Virus record (IMG/VR): IMGVR_UViG_3300017971_000261
Coordinates: 16,268 to 80,267 of that record
Strand: one strand, 5' to 3'
DNA: 64,000 nt
Source of the DNA: a virus
Shown: positions 63,780 through 64,000 of the stretch, in pieces
Position numbering within the stretch: position 1 is the stretch's first letter
Layout of the letters: each line of letters begins with the position of its first letter
Program-made: the position numbers and the translations under genes
The notes under the pieces: generated by a model
What the model saw: the letters and a program-made list of their open reading frames with translations, nothing else
Told to the model about the DNA's origin: nothing
The model's database searches: none

Positions 63780-63934
63780 AGGCTATCGCACTGGGTCAAG
63801 ACTGGCCGTGTGCCCTGTTTTAGGGCATCTGAGAAGGGTAAGCCACGATTTCTTCCGGAACACATCAATGCGATTAGAAGGCAAGCAAAATCGGACACGA
63901 TTCAGGTAACGATTTAAGAAAAGGAAAAGGAGCA

Positions 63935-64000
63935 TTGCAGGCAAGACGAATCAAACAAGAGTTTATTCGAGAGTCGAGCGAAAACCCCTACGTCTTTAGC
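63935..64000 (+). CDS. 5' fragment of a gene running off the window
   Basis: AAGGAG RBS then TTG; open to the window end. Confidence 0.5.
   Translation, partial: MQARRIKQEFIRESSENPYVFS

Noticed and set aside
1-64000. Alternative genetic code (TAG/TGA reassignment) as in some large phages
   Set aside because: Conserved genes are full length under code 11, and TAA, TAG and TGA all end genes at sensible positions; no suppressor tRNA seen.
1-64000. CRISPR array, integrase or IS element
   Set aside because: No regularly spaced direct repeats and no recombinase or transposase motifs seen.

Overview
The window is a fragment of a large (probably jumbo) tailed dsDNA phage genome that uses the standard genetic code. 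The host is probably in Planctomycetota (Phycisphaerae-like bS21, GyrB and surface protein; this is an inference). The left part (1-26 kb) is an accessory and host-takeover region driven by near-consensus sigma70-type promoters. It encodes an AAA ATPase, class II ribonucleotide reductase, a PTP/DSP phosphatase, a 9-unit zinc-finger array, a beta-helix surface protein, GrpE, a degenerate ADP-ribosylglycohydrolase, ribosomal protein bS21, a GT4 glycosyltransferase, a subtilase, DUF4419, two HNH proteins, GyrB and four tRNA-Leu genes. The right part (26-64 kb) is the head module: a TIGR03790-like protein, terminase large subunit, about 15 uncharacterised genes, a portal with two inteins and a C-terminal DUF559/Vsr-like nuclease domain, prohead protease, a very large scaffold/core protein, a decoration protein, the HK97-type major capsid protein, and a LAGLIDADG-RHH-methyltransferase fusion. 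Four observations stand out. (1) A tRNA-Leu body has its anticodon loop interrupted by a 128-nt, highly structured, pseudoknotted RNA. (2) A probable programmed slippage at an A10 run adds a hidden 111-aa extension just upstream of the portal. (3) Short peptide tags (FNLxK.., W-x-K/R-K-x-A, K-x-A-Q/S, LxxLAN/DxxD..AD.ID) recur on many unrelated head-region proteins and may form a packaging/cleavage code for virion-delivered cargo. (4) The portal is fused to a nuclease domain. All family calls come from motif recognition by eye; no database searches were run.
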